Source of the DNA: Octopus bimaculoides
Lineage: Eukaryota
Assembly (NCBI RefSeq): GCF_001194135.2
Contig: NC_068998.1
Location: forward strand, 25,592,729 to 25,656,728
DNA: 64,000 nucleotides
Reading direction: 5' to 3'
The translations under genes were made by a program, and so were the position numbers. A model generated the notes under the pieces. The model was not told the origin of the DNA, did not search any database, and saw only the letters and a list, made by a program, of their open reading frames with translations. Positions 28,350 through 39,606 of the stretch are shown here, one piece after another. Numbering within the stretch: the first letter of the stretch is position 1; the number at the start of each line of letters is the position of its first letter.

Positions 28350-28513
28350 CTCTCTCACTCTCTTTCTCTCTCTCTTTCTCTCTCTCTCTTTCTCTCTCTC
28401 TCTTTCTCTCTCTCTCTCTTGCCCTCACTCACACTCTCAATTTTTCCATCTCGCTCCCCCTCTCCCATTTCCCTCTTTCCGTCTCCTCCTCTCTCTCTCT
28501 CTCTCTCTCTCTC
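28280..28513. repeat. (CT)n microsatellite running into a gap
   Basis: Directly visible. Confidence 0.95.
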
Positions 28514-29138
28514 NNNNNNNNNNNNNNNNNNNNNNNNNNNNNNNNNNNNNNNNNNNNNNNNNNNNNNNNNNNNNNNNNNNNNNNNNNNNNNNNNNNNNNN
28601 NNNNNNNNNNNNNNNNNNNNNNNNNNNNNNNNNNNNNNNNNNNNNNNNNNNNNNNNNNNNNNNNNNNNNNNNNNNNNNNNNNNNNNNNNNNNNNNNNNNN
28701 NNNNNNNNNNNNNNNNNNNNNNNNNNNNNNNNNNNNNNNNNNNNNNNNNNNNNNNNNNNNNNNNNNNNNNNNNNNNNNNNNNNNNNNNNNNNNNNNNNNN
28801 NNNNNNNNNNNNNNNNNNNNNNNNNNNNNNNNNNNNNNNNNNNNNNNNNNNNNNNNNNNNNNNNNNNNNNNNNNNNNNNNNNNNNNNNNNNNNNNNNNNN
28901 NNNNNNNNNNNNNNNNNNNNNNNNNNNNNNNNNNNNNNNNNNNNNNNNNNNNNNNNNNNNNNNNNNNNNNNNNNNNNNNNNNNNNNNNNNNNNNNNNNNN
29001 NNNNNNNNNNNNNNNNNNNNNNNNNNNNNNNNNNNNNNNNNNNNNNNNNNNNNNNNNNNNNNNNNACGAAATATCATTAATCGCTTCTATTGTATTCAGG
29101 TAGCTTTATCCGGCAGTCAACCCAAAACACATATATTT

Positions 29139-29192
<54 letters not shown>

Positions 29193-30610
29193 TTATATAT
29201 ATATATATTGACACAGTATGGCGGTTTAGTTGAGTATTCAGTGCAGAACAAAGCAATACAAAGACGTGAAGTCAGGCAGACAAAAGATGAATATTGACTG
29301 AGTAGTATATAAAATGACTTTCTAAGTTTTCTCCTCTATACACAGCTTTTTTTTCTTTTCTGGCATATGTATAACTCAATAAAAATATTCAGCTTCTCTA
29401 GTTGAAGCAGTGTTTGTTATGAGAAAGAAAAATTCATTAGCACAAGATATTTTTTCTCGATTCTGGAAGACTTACTAGTTTTATGATATAATAGATGTAG
29501 TACTGTATTGTCCTAATCAGATAATTCCATTGTGATATTAATGTGATAGACTTGACTATGAAATATGAAAATTTCTGTGAAGAATATTTAGATGAGGTTA
29601 ATTTGTAATTATAACTAAAGATGTATTCGATCACATGTTTAACGTCGAAACTCCTAGGTTTACGCACATTAATATTAAAATACCCTGTTGCAGAAGGAGA
29701 AGATAGTATATATGGTTAGCTATCATTCTTTGAATATCAGAAGCAGCGGTCTCTAAACCAAGCAAATACAACATTTGATAAGCACGTCATAGGATGAAAG
29801 AAGGTGAGAAACTTGAGGACGGAGCAATTAATTATTTACAAATATAATGTCGTTAGTTAACAAGCAAAAGTATTAGCAGTGACCCTCGGACACAAGATAT
29901 GATTAGCAAGAAAATCTAAACCACGAACATTCAGTTGTCTATGGGATGATATCGTTCAGTAGTTTTGCTCTCTACTGAGTGTGCCTATGTATCATAAATG
30001 TATTTACACAAACAGATGGATTCTGTGGAAGAAGTAAAATTGAATTTATTATTTCAAACAATGGAGAGAGGTATTTTGAGGGAGAGTTTTCAATATTTGA
30101 ATGAAATTTGTTAAAGCATCTCTTGAACAAACCGGACAGAATTCTAAGCTCGAGAGACTTTCGTATAAATCTGTCTTCATTTGATTCAGATGTAAAGCAC
30201 ATATCGCAAATAATGTAGGTAACAAAAAAGTAGGTGAAAGGAATATATTTACATTACATTAACAAATTATATTACAGACATGCTGCATTTCCTACTAAAG
30301 TGTTTTTTCGATATATTGTTGGTTATTTGATTTGATTTTTTTCTCTGCAAATATACAAACGCACACACACGTACACATACACACATACGTCCACAAACAC
30401 AAACAGACACACGCACGCATGCAGATATACACACATATACGTGTGTGGGTGTTTGTTTGTGTGTGTAGCGTATACATGCACATGTGAGAGGACAAACGAA
30501 AGAAAGACGCCGTATACTGACGAAATAAGTTTCTGAGACGAGCCTATGGAGACGAATCAAGCCTATAGAGAAGAATAACAACAGCATAAATAATACATGT
30601 ATATAAATAT

Positions 30611-30643
<33 letters not shown>

Positions 30644-30929
30644 NNNNNNNNNNNNNNNNNNNNNNNNNNNNNNNNNNNNNNNNNNNNNNNNNNNNNNNNN
30701 NNNNNNNNNNNNNNNNNNNNNNNNNNNNNNNNNNNNNNNNNNNNNNNNNNNNNNNNNNNNNNNNNNNNNNNNNNNNNNNNNNNNNNNNNNNNNNNNNNNN
30801 NNNNNNNNNNNNNNNNNNNNNNNNNATATGTGTGTGTATATATATGTATACATATACAAGCGAAACAGGAATTTTACGATAATATTTAATTTTCTTGACT
30901 TAGTTTTGCATGTTTATATTTTATCGCCT

Positions 30930-31635
30930 TGAAAATATTCTCTATTTGAAGCAATGCAGCTGTCAGACGCGTTTTCCACAGTTCTAAGTAGAGCTGATAC
31001 ACTTGCAAAGTGATGACTTTGAAAGCCTCCATCGTTGTTTTGTTTTTTTATTCATCTTTTACAAATCTACAAATTCCGAAGAACCAGTTTTCTTCACCAG
31101 TAGGGACCTTCGAAAAAAGGTCCGGATCAATTTCAAGCTTCAGGACACACCACTTATATCAACACATTGGTCAATTGTTCAGTGATTGTCCTCCAATATC
31201 CATTCATGAATTTGCATGATGTTCTCCTTCGTTCGGGGTCGACAGAAGCCCTGAACTAGCTTGGTCTTCAAGCGACAAATGACCATTCCGAAAGGATGAA
31301 AACCACCCGTAAACTTGTGTTTTGCTCATGGCAGCGTCTTTGTAAGCTGTTTGAAGCATGACAACTGTTTCGGCCGTCGTTTTCCCCAGCAAAAAACATA
31401 ACTTTACGGAAGCACGCTGGTCTTTCGGTTCAGCCATCACAAAAATCTTAGAACATGGGAGAAGCACTGCAAACCGAAGACGAAACACGTGTTGCAATAG
31501 GACTTCACTCGATGATTCCGGTCGGCATACTGATGCCAGAGGGTCGCATCAAATTGCTTCTAGCAGTACAAGCCTGAACTACAACAGGCTTGTACCATAG
31601 AGAACATTTCCGGTTACTTTTGGATAAATCTACTA
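30930..31635 (-). mobile_element. Mariner 5' portion, internally deleted
   Basis: MAEPKDQRASVKLCFLLGKTTAETVVMLQTAYKDAAMSKTQVYGWFSSFRNG (mariner HTH); mariner-like terminus atccaaaagtaaccggaa near 31610-31630. Confidence 0.85.
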
Positions 31636-31689
31636 TATATTTATATGATGCGTTTGTATATATATATNNNNNNNNNNCTAAATGAGAAA

Positions 31690-31910
31690 ACAAGCCAGCT
31701 GTTGTGACTCAATTTGAATTCAGAGTTTTATTCTCCTATACTGGTTGTCATAATCACCTCCTCGTTTCAACAGGAGCCCAGAGTTCCCCCATCAACAGTC
31801 ATGGTTTTGATAGTGCAGCCAGTTAAGGGACTGCCATGACAGAGTGTCCTTCTCCTTAAAGAGTTACCTTCACCACGGCTAATGAGCCTCATCACCCCCC
31901 TACACACACA
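31690..31910 (-). repeat. RTE 5'UTR-like repeat fragment
   Basis: Two similar motifs cagagttttattctcc and cagagtgtccttctcc that resemble RTE 5' regions; adjacent to RTE remnants. Confidence 0.4.
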
Positions 31911-31979
31911 GTATATATATACATATANNNNNNNNNNACTCCGGTTTAAAACCTACAGTGAACTTAGTACTAATCATCT

Positions 31980-32400
31980 TGCTTTGCTTGTCACTGGAAT
32001 CCAATATTTTGACCTAGAGAGTGGCAAAAACTGTTGTACAAGCGTTTGTTACTGAAATGCAGTGAGGTACAGAGGTCCCCGACAATCCCAATCATCGTAC
32101 AGTCATCACTTTTTAGAAGTCCTATTGCAATAGAGGCGCGGTGACGTATGCAGACTTGATCGGTTGGAAGCATACAGTTACAAATCTACATAAAAGGCGG
32201 CAAGGTTCTCATCTTAACATCGCTAACATGTTTTCATGGATAAGAACTGTTTTCGGTGGAGAATCCTGTGTCTGAGAAGCATTTTTTATGGCGAACACTG
32301 CTCTCCTGGATATATTGGGAAGATACTAGAAAATGTGCACTAAAAATTGTATGTCCTTTCTCTGCTGGTTAGTTTACTGCAGTGGTTCAATTTAGCAGGA
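31980..32400 (-). mobile_element. RTE apurinic endonuclease segment, inverted relative to the adjacent RT
   Basis: Minus-strand VFAIKNA, LPTDQVC and IVGDL correspond to RTE APE motifs (GFAIKN, APT, LGDFN). Confidence 0.6.
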
Positions 32401-33875
32401 ATGAACAAATAATTGATAAACAATGATAACAAGTATGCAAGTATTAAGGTTTCTCTTAATCAGGCCTGTTGGAATGTGAGAACCCTTTACATTGAGCAGA
32501 TGGCACCTTTGTTTACCTTGGAAGCACACTGTCGGGAGATGGTGGCCTTGATGTAGAGATACACTATCGAATAGTGAAGGAAAGTGTTACATTTGGAAAG
32601 ATTTTAGCACGGTAATCGGTATCAGATTTTGGAGATCTGGTCGCATTTTCAATTTGTCGCGGTTTAACTGCAAAGCAAAGACTTTCAAAACACTTGTTAC
32701 AGAATTAATTTATACTGATGATACTGATTTGTTGGCACAATCACAGAGGAATATGGACATATAATGGGCGGGTTTTCCACTAAATGTGTACATTTCGGAC
32801 TCACGCTTCGTCTGGGGAAAACCAAAGTAATGTTTACTCCCGTGCGACGACAAATATATTCTGAACCAAACATGTTTGTGAATTGAAAAAGGTTAGAAAT
32901 CGTTGGCACCTTTGTTTACCTTGAAAGCACACTGTCAGGAGATGGTGGCCTTTATGCAAAGATATACTATCGAATAGGGAAGGGAAGTGTTACATTTGGA
33001 TGGCTCGAAAAGCGAGTATGGGCGGATAGAGGTATTTTACTGCAGACAAAAATCAGTGTCTATAAAGTGTGTATTGACTGCACTTCTTTATTCAAGTGAG
33101 ACGTGGGCAACTTACAAGCTCATATAGGAATGCTGGAGAAATTTCATCAAAAATGCCTCACACGTATCTTAGGAGTCAAGTGCGAATGCTCCATATCAGA
33201 TACAGAAGTTTGGGGTATGGCATGATGTAGCTCATGTGAATAACATGTTAGCTTGGCTCAAATGAGATGGACTGGATGTGTTATTAAAATGAAAGGCGAG
33301 CGATTGCCAAAGCGGCCACAACATAAGCGGAGGAAAAGGTACAATGGTTGTGTGAAGGAAAACATGCAGAAACTATATTTGATCAAAAGGGATTGGGAAA
33401 TTGATGTTCTAGATCGGAACAAGTGGAGAGGTGCTGTTAGGAGCGGCTGCAATACCCGACAGGAAATGATGATTCAGCACTCTGAGCTTAAAAGGGCCTA
33501 TCGCGAAGGAACAATTGAAACTCAGTCAACAGAGAACATTGGATGTGTATTATAGATGATCGTTTTCTGTTGTCAAAAGTAGGATACGTGAATCATATGA
33601 AGTCACACGAAAATCGAAATACCCAGCTGGATAATAATCTTGGACACCAACCGCCTCTTATGACTTGTGTCATATGTCACAAAACTTGTAAGACAATATC
33701 TGGACTTAAAAGGCATATGCTAGTTCACAAAGACATTTCTTCAGAATCAGATTCCAATGGGCAAAGATTTAGAAGAAATCGAATATCTGTCAATTGTGTT
33801 TTAAACCCTATCAGTCAACAGCTGATCTTAAAAGTCATCTGCGGACTCATGAAGGGAGGGATTGTGCTGTGTGAT
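32400..33875 (+). mobile_element. Decayed RTE (BovB-like) LINE: APE start, RT, and three C-terminal C2H2 zinc fingers
   Basis: ACWNVRTL, ELIYTDDTDL (32711-32722), GKTKVM, FVYLESTLSGDG, LYSSETWATY, QMRWTG. Zinc fingers at 33544-33609, 33666-33728 and 33788-33850. Confidence 0.9.
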
Positions 33876-33967
33876 AGGATGTGGTGTGTGTGTTGATGGG
33901 ACCGCTAACGTTTGTCAAGATAAAGCAATCATACATTGATTGACCGTTGACTGAATACTATTCAATT

Positions 33968-34135
33968 TTTTCTCTCCGTGATTTTCTCCTTGTCTCCGTA
34001 TTCTTTCTGTTGAAGAGCGTAGCTCGAAACGTAAAAGACTTTCCGTATTCCCGAGCGTCATAATAATACATCCTTTTGTTATTTACACCACCTGTCCTCG
34101 TCTGTTGTTTTTTCGTACATTCTCCCATATATATA
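33968..34135 (+). repeat. ~170-bp Penelope-pLTR-like repeat with (TA)n tail, copy 1
   Basis: Homologous to the reverse complement of 57015-57200. Confidence 0.8.
34002..34038 (+). ncRNA. Minimal type I hammerhead-like motif with CUGUUGA core
   Basis: TCTTT-CTGTTGA-A-GAGC-GTA-GCTC-GAAAC-GTA-AAAGA: 5-bp stem I, 4-bp stem II, palindromic ACGT stem III. Confidence 0.55.
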
Positions 34136-34212
34136 TATATATATCCAGAGAGAGAAAGAGTGAGAGAGAAAGAGAGAGTTAGTGAGAGAAAGAGAGAGTT
34201 AGAGAGAGAGAT

Positions 34213-34388
34213 AGGTACCGGCGCGGCTATGGGTAAGAAATTTGGCTGCCAATCATATTGTTCAGGGTTCAGCCCGACTACGTGACGTGGCGCCTCGGGG
34301 CGACCAAAGCTCTCAGGTAGATTTCGTAGACAGAAACTGAAAGAACCCCAACAATTGTACATACACACGCTATGTGTGTGTTTGTGCT

Positions 34389-34422
<34 letters not shown>

Positions 34423-34645
34423 TGTGCGTGTGTGTCTGTGTGTCTGTGTCTGTGTTTACCTATGTTCTTTGGGTTTTTGTGTATACTCTTCTATTGATTA
34501 ACAATGGGTGCTGATGTATTTACGTCATCGTAACAAAGTAGTTCGGCAAAAGACACCGATATAATAAGTACCAGGCTTAAAACGTATAAATACTGGGGTC
34601 GATTCGTTCGACTAAAACGTTTGAGCCGCTGCTCTTTGCTGGTGC
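34213..34645 (+). mobile_element. SINE family B with internal (GT)n
   Basis: Head ggcgcggctatgggtaagaaatttggctgccaatcatattgttcagggttcagccc; 3' half ...gttcggcaaaagacaccgatataataagtaccaggc. Confidence 0.85.
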
Positions 34646-35330
34646 ACCCGAGTGAAAGTTAAAAGATACATATCACGAGTAATTCTTATTTCCGAAATAC
34701 ATTTATAATATGCATTGAACCTCTTTGACATTATAGAAGTAAAGATATGTATAGCGAAGTAATTCAATCATAAAATTTAAATGTTCCATTTTTATCTTTC
34801 ATTTGATTTATCGATTAAATTTTTGATTAATTATTACATCAAAGATGAATTTGTAAATGAATCGTTATACTTTCTAGCAATATCTTAACAAAATTTTAAT
34901 TGTTTTGTATATTTCATTAATTTATTTCTTTGATTTCGGTAATGATATTCTCCCGGTCGTAAGAAGAGCAAGAATCAATAAAAGACATATTTATCGTATT
35001 AATCATTGGATTGCGCCATATTATGCGGTTGGTATCAGCCTTTGTAACAAAATAGTGCAAAATGCGCCAGTGTCATTGAATCTAATAACAGTGACAGCGC
35101 AGCAGAAAGCTAACGATACAAGATAATGTTTGCCGTTTAGATCACTGCGTTGGATGTTTTCATTCAGATACGACAATGAAATCTATTAAAAAAAAATGCA
35201 TAATAGCAAAGAATAACGCCTTTATCGTAGTATATTTGTAGTTTGCGCGAGCTAGTTCAATGAGATAGTGTCCTGTTGAAGTTGTTTGCTTCAACGACAT
35301 TAAATTCGTATAAGGAACCATAAACTACAG

Positions 35331-35454
35331 CATGTATGATTCTCCTCTCCTGCTTGAATTAAGAGTCAAACTGAACCAGTTGTCCAATCAGAACCTAGAA
35401 CATTACTTTGGTGAACTGTATCCATATCCAGGTTTCGATTCTGAGGTTGACTGA
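35331..35454 (+). CDS. Candidate (terminal?) coding exon (CMISPLLLELRVKLNQLSNQNLEHYFGELYPYPGFDSEVD*)
   Basis: Acceptor aactacag, 40-codon open frame, GC-richer than flanks. No homology recognised; could be chance. Confidence 0.2.
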
Positions 35455-38400
35455 ATACACGACAGTTTATTTATGTTCATTATAATTGCATATACCAATG
35501 GGCAGTAATAGCCCAATTCCCATGTACCTTCCTATATACACTAGTTTTCTATGAGTGCCGAATCCGGTATAACAGGTTAGTGGAGAAGTAATAATATTAA
35601 AAGTATTTGAATCATATGAACCAACTGTTGTTGAATTCCTGACCAAATGGCATTATTAATCTTTGCTTATGTAGAAATCGATCAGTAATGGCCCGACAGA
35701 AATCATTAATGGATATATAAACTTAGACTATTCATAAGTAAATACACATCTGGTGATAGTATCTCTTTTATTTGCTATTAAAGTACTCACAGAACATTCT
35801 TTTCCGGCAGTTTTAAAGATTATTAAATGTTCCACTAATCGCTCTGCTGAATACAACATGGCGCAAAGTAAAAATATCAGATGCTAGCTCTCAATGCAGT
35901 AATCATTTACCGAATACTAAGAATCAAAATTACGGAAAGAATAAAGAAAATAAAACATATTGCGAAAATAGATATTACAATTCAAAGGCAATCGCACACA
36001 CTAAAAGAAGTATTGGAAATTGTCAGTGAACTGAATAGATGCATGTGTGTGTGTGTTTGTGAGTGTGTGTGTGTATGTGTGTGTGTGTGTGTTTGTGAGC
36101 GGGTGTGTGGGTGTGGGTGTGTGTGAGAGAGAGAGAGAGAGTGTGTGTGTATGGATGTATGTATGTATCTAAAGTATAATTATTTGCTGAAAAACATAAC
36201 AAAAACCAGATATATTTATCCAGGCAAATATTTAACTATTTGTTTTAAATCATTATTATTGGCTATGTTCTATGCTTATATATAGATTTCATTTAAAGTA
36301 ATGTTTACTTGCAATTGCTGTCGCTTTGACTTGATCGCTCCAATCCCGTTAGGTATCTAACAAATGCATTAAGTGAATAGAATCTATGCAAAAGCTATAG
36401 AAGTACACTTAGCAGGTGTGTGTGTGTATGGATGTATGTATGTATNNNNNNNNNNNNNNNNNNNNNNNNNNNNNNNNNNNNNNNNNNNNNNNNNATATAC
36501 AAATAAATTTATATACACATGAATAAAGCTTTGCACTTGTATGTATGTATGTATGTATGTATGCATGCATGCATGTATGTATGTATGTATGTATGTATGT
36601 ATATACTTTTAACAGCGACTGCATTCCACGAAAACTAAACGTTTTAGTAGAATTTTCGTATTAACCAATGAACGCTGAATCTCTTCGACGTTTATGCAAA
36701 TATTTCACAGGATATAATTCAAATAGTTTTCTTTTGCTGTCTGAATGAAAAGAAAAATTGAGTGATACTGAATAATGTTTTGTGAATTTGTCATACCATT
36801 AGTGCAAATACACGCACTCGATGTGGAGCATCCACTTTACACCTCAGCTTTGAACTTGAAATCAATTCTACTTCATTTACACTATTGATAATCAAGCAAG
36901 ATTCTATAGGCAATCGTCAGCACAAGTACGTTGTTATTTCACTGAAGAGTGTCACTATTGGGACTTAAATAAATTCCAGAAATAAGTTAGGTATACTTAC
37001 CAAATGTATTTCTAGTTAACATAATGACGTTTTTGTAAGAAGGTTAATAGAACACTATCGAAAAATGGTATATTCTAGAGTCAAGAGAGGCAAAAGGGAA
37101 ATAGAGTTTTACATCATTACTTGAACTCCATAACTGAAAATAGTTCTTAAATCTGTGATGGCTTTATTCCTATAAATGCCCTCAACCTAGACTATATGCA
37201 AGATCAATATATATCATCCGGCTTGTAGGAAAACGAGTACCACTTGATCCATAGAGGGATCTCTCCAGTCTAGAGAAATTTGATAAACACTAGACTTCCC
37301 TTGCAATAACTAAATGTATTGAAAACCGATTGTATATGAAACTATTAGTTAGCAGAATTCAGAATTCGTACTTCTGACATCCCTAAATAAACCTAAGTGG
37401 CAGTTAAAAGTATCATCGTAGCTATTAAACTTTCAGTACAAATCCCTGAGGGTTGACTTTAATGATAATGATGTCGATAAAGTGTGTATTAGTCATTCAA
37501 TCAAGAGGATTCAGGCGAATGATTGGCATCTAAAATATGAGATTAGAAGCTATCATATTAGTAATAATTTAAAATTAGAATGATCGAATGGCAGTAACTG
37601 CACAATTTCCGATTAAATATTTAAAACTATTTACTTTATGCCTTCTAAGATATATGTCCAAAACTCTGAGTACATTGCATTTAATGCCTTTGGCATCTAT
37701 CATCTACGTAATATGTAATTTCCAAGTTGTAAAGTAAGTTTGACTAACTGCATCATCCATCATACGCTTGTGACAACGTTCATAAATAAAAAATAAAAGT
37801 ATCATTATTTACAAATATATTTCGGAACGTAACAATAGTAAAACTGCTATTTCTCTCATTAGGATATTCATATTCTTATACTGTGATTCTTTTCGACACG
37901 TTTTGCTATCGTAATATCATAAATATTTTCTCTTGTAAATATAATAAAGTGTATTTTACTGAAATTGCTTTATCGTGTTACAAATTACTATATATTTTCT
38001 TTTGCCTTCGCACGGATTACATTTTACGTTTGAAATGGATTTCTTTGATTTCCTATTTTATATATTGATTTCCATGTGATATTTTATATTCTTTGTTTTC
38101 AGTTTAATACTTGCAATTGATTCGTGTTTATTTTGATTCATACTTATCTTTATTGCAACGCAGTTACACATTCGCTGTAGTTCAATGATTGGCAGAATTA
38201 CTAGTTTGGCATTAATTCCAAATGTTACTGCTTGTGTTGCTGCTTATATAACATATGATTGATAATAGTAATGTGACTCTGTTACACTGGAAATATTTCT
38301 CTGAATGCTTGATTTATATGTCTTATTGTTATCGAAACCACCCACGGACAGAAAATCTTATATACGTGGAACCAGTATACAACTGCAGATACTTTTATCT

Positions 38401-38744
38401 TTTATTCAGAGATTCCATTTAAAATAGCATTCTTTTCAGTATTTTAGTCTTTTTCTTTTTGACTTAAAGGGCATTTCGAATCTCATCAATCCCCGTATGT
38501 TATCTGCAAAGAGAAATTGTACAACTAGAATAGTGTCATACTTCTATGCAATAGAGTTTATATGACAAAGAATTATCCTTAAACAGAATACAGTGACACA
38601 ACACTTACCCATATACTTACCCGTTATACTGCAAGATTGGTTTATTCGAATTGCTTCTATTGTTCAGGACTATGTGTATGACTGAGAAATATGTATAATA
38701 AAACTCAGAATTTGAATATATATATATATATATTATTTCTTAAA

Positions 38745-38910
38745 TATTTCAGTCATTAGATTGCAGACATGTTGGGGCACCGCCTTGAATGTTATCTGAA
38801 CGAATCGACCTCAGTACATTTTTTAAAACCTATCACTTATTCTATCGGCCGCTAAATTACGGGGAAGTAAACACACAAGCACCGCTTGACAACCAGTGCC
38901 GGGCCACAAC
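38745..38910 (-). mobile_element. SINE family B, 3' half
   Basis: cagtcattagattgcagacatgttggggcaccgccttgaa...acttattctatcggccgctaaattacgggg matches family B. Confidence 0.8.
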
Positions 38911-38918
38911 ATATCTTT

Positions 38919-39523
38919 ATGCACCTTTATAGTTGATGCTATCCTCGTCACATGATCAAAGTTTGATCCGGATCGCACCATTTTTCTATCTGGCTTTACA
39001 GTGTAAGCATGGCCGTTCCACTAGCAATGTGCACAAAAGAACAAAGAGCAGTGATCCGATTACTATGGTCGGAAAGTTTATCAAGTGCTGGAAAAAGGGT
39101 GTACGATCAACAGCGCAAGTGTCAGTGTTTTGCTGGCCAAGAAACTAAAGCGAGCAATTCACACCAAATGCCGATGCCTACTGTCAAAGAACGTTTTCCT
39201 GCTGCATGATAATGACCGCCTACACAATTGAAACCATGAACGAATTGTGCTAAACGCCTCCGATGAATTTCAGCACTTGACACACCTTCCGACTAAAGAT
39301 ATTGGATCACTGCTCTTTGTTCTTTTTTGGTGCACATTGCTTGTGTAGAAGCCATGCTTACACTGTAAAGACTGGGAGAGAAAAACTGTGAGATCAGGCC
39401 CAAACTTCGATCAAGTGACTAAAATAGTATCAACTATAAGTAGGCATGCGCAGAAGGCAGTGCAACAATAATAAAGATATATTATAGCGAAAGTGGGGAT
39501 AATTTTTGACTTTCTCTCGAATA
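38919..39523. mobile_element. Mariner-derived foldback element (two inverted copies of the transposon 5' region)
   Basis: 38919-39094 is an inverted repeat of 39268-39447. The arms include MAVPLAMCTKEQRAVIRLLWSE; the spacer carries LLHDN. Mariner-like terminus near 39490-39523. Confidence 0.85.
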
Positions 39524-39559
39524 TATGTGTTCCACTGTTCTACAGAGAGTAACGCAAGA

Positions 39560-39606
39560 CTGGATGTGGTTAGCAAGCTACTTACCACACAACCACTCCT
39601 GTGCCC
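39560..39606 (-). mobile_element. SINE family B head fragment
   Basis: gatgtggttagcaagctacttaccacacaaccactcctgtgcc is the reverse complement of the family B head. Confidence 0.7.

Noticed and set aside
30016-30216. ~65-codon plus-strand frame with a single TGA (selenocysteine or pseudo-exon idea) overlapping a 76-aa minus ORF
   Set aside because: No recognisable homology, SECIS or consistent splice pair; such frames arise by chance.
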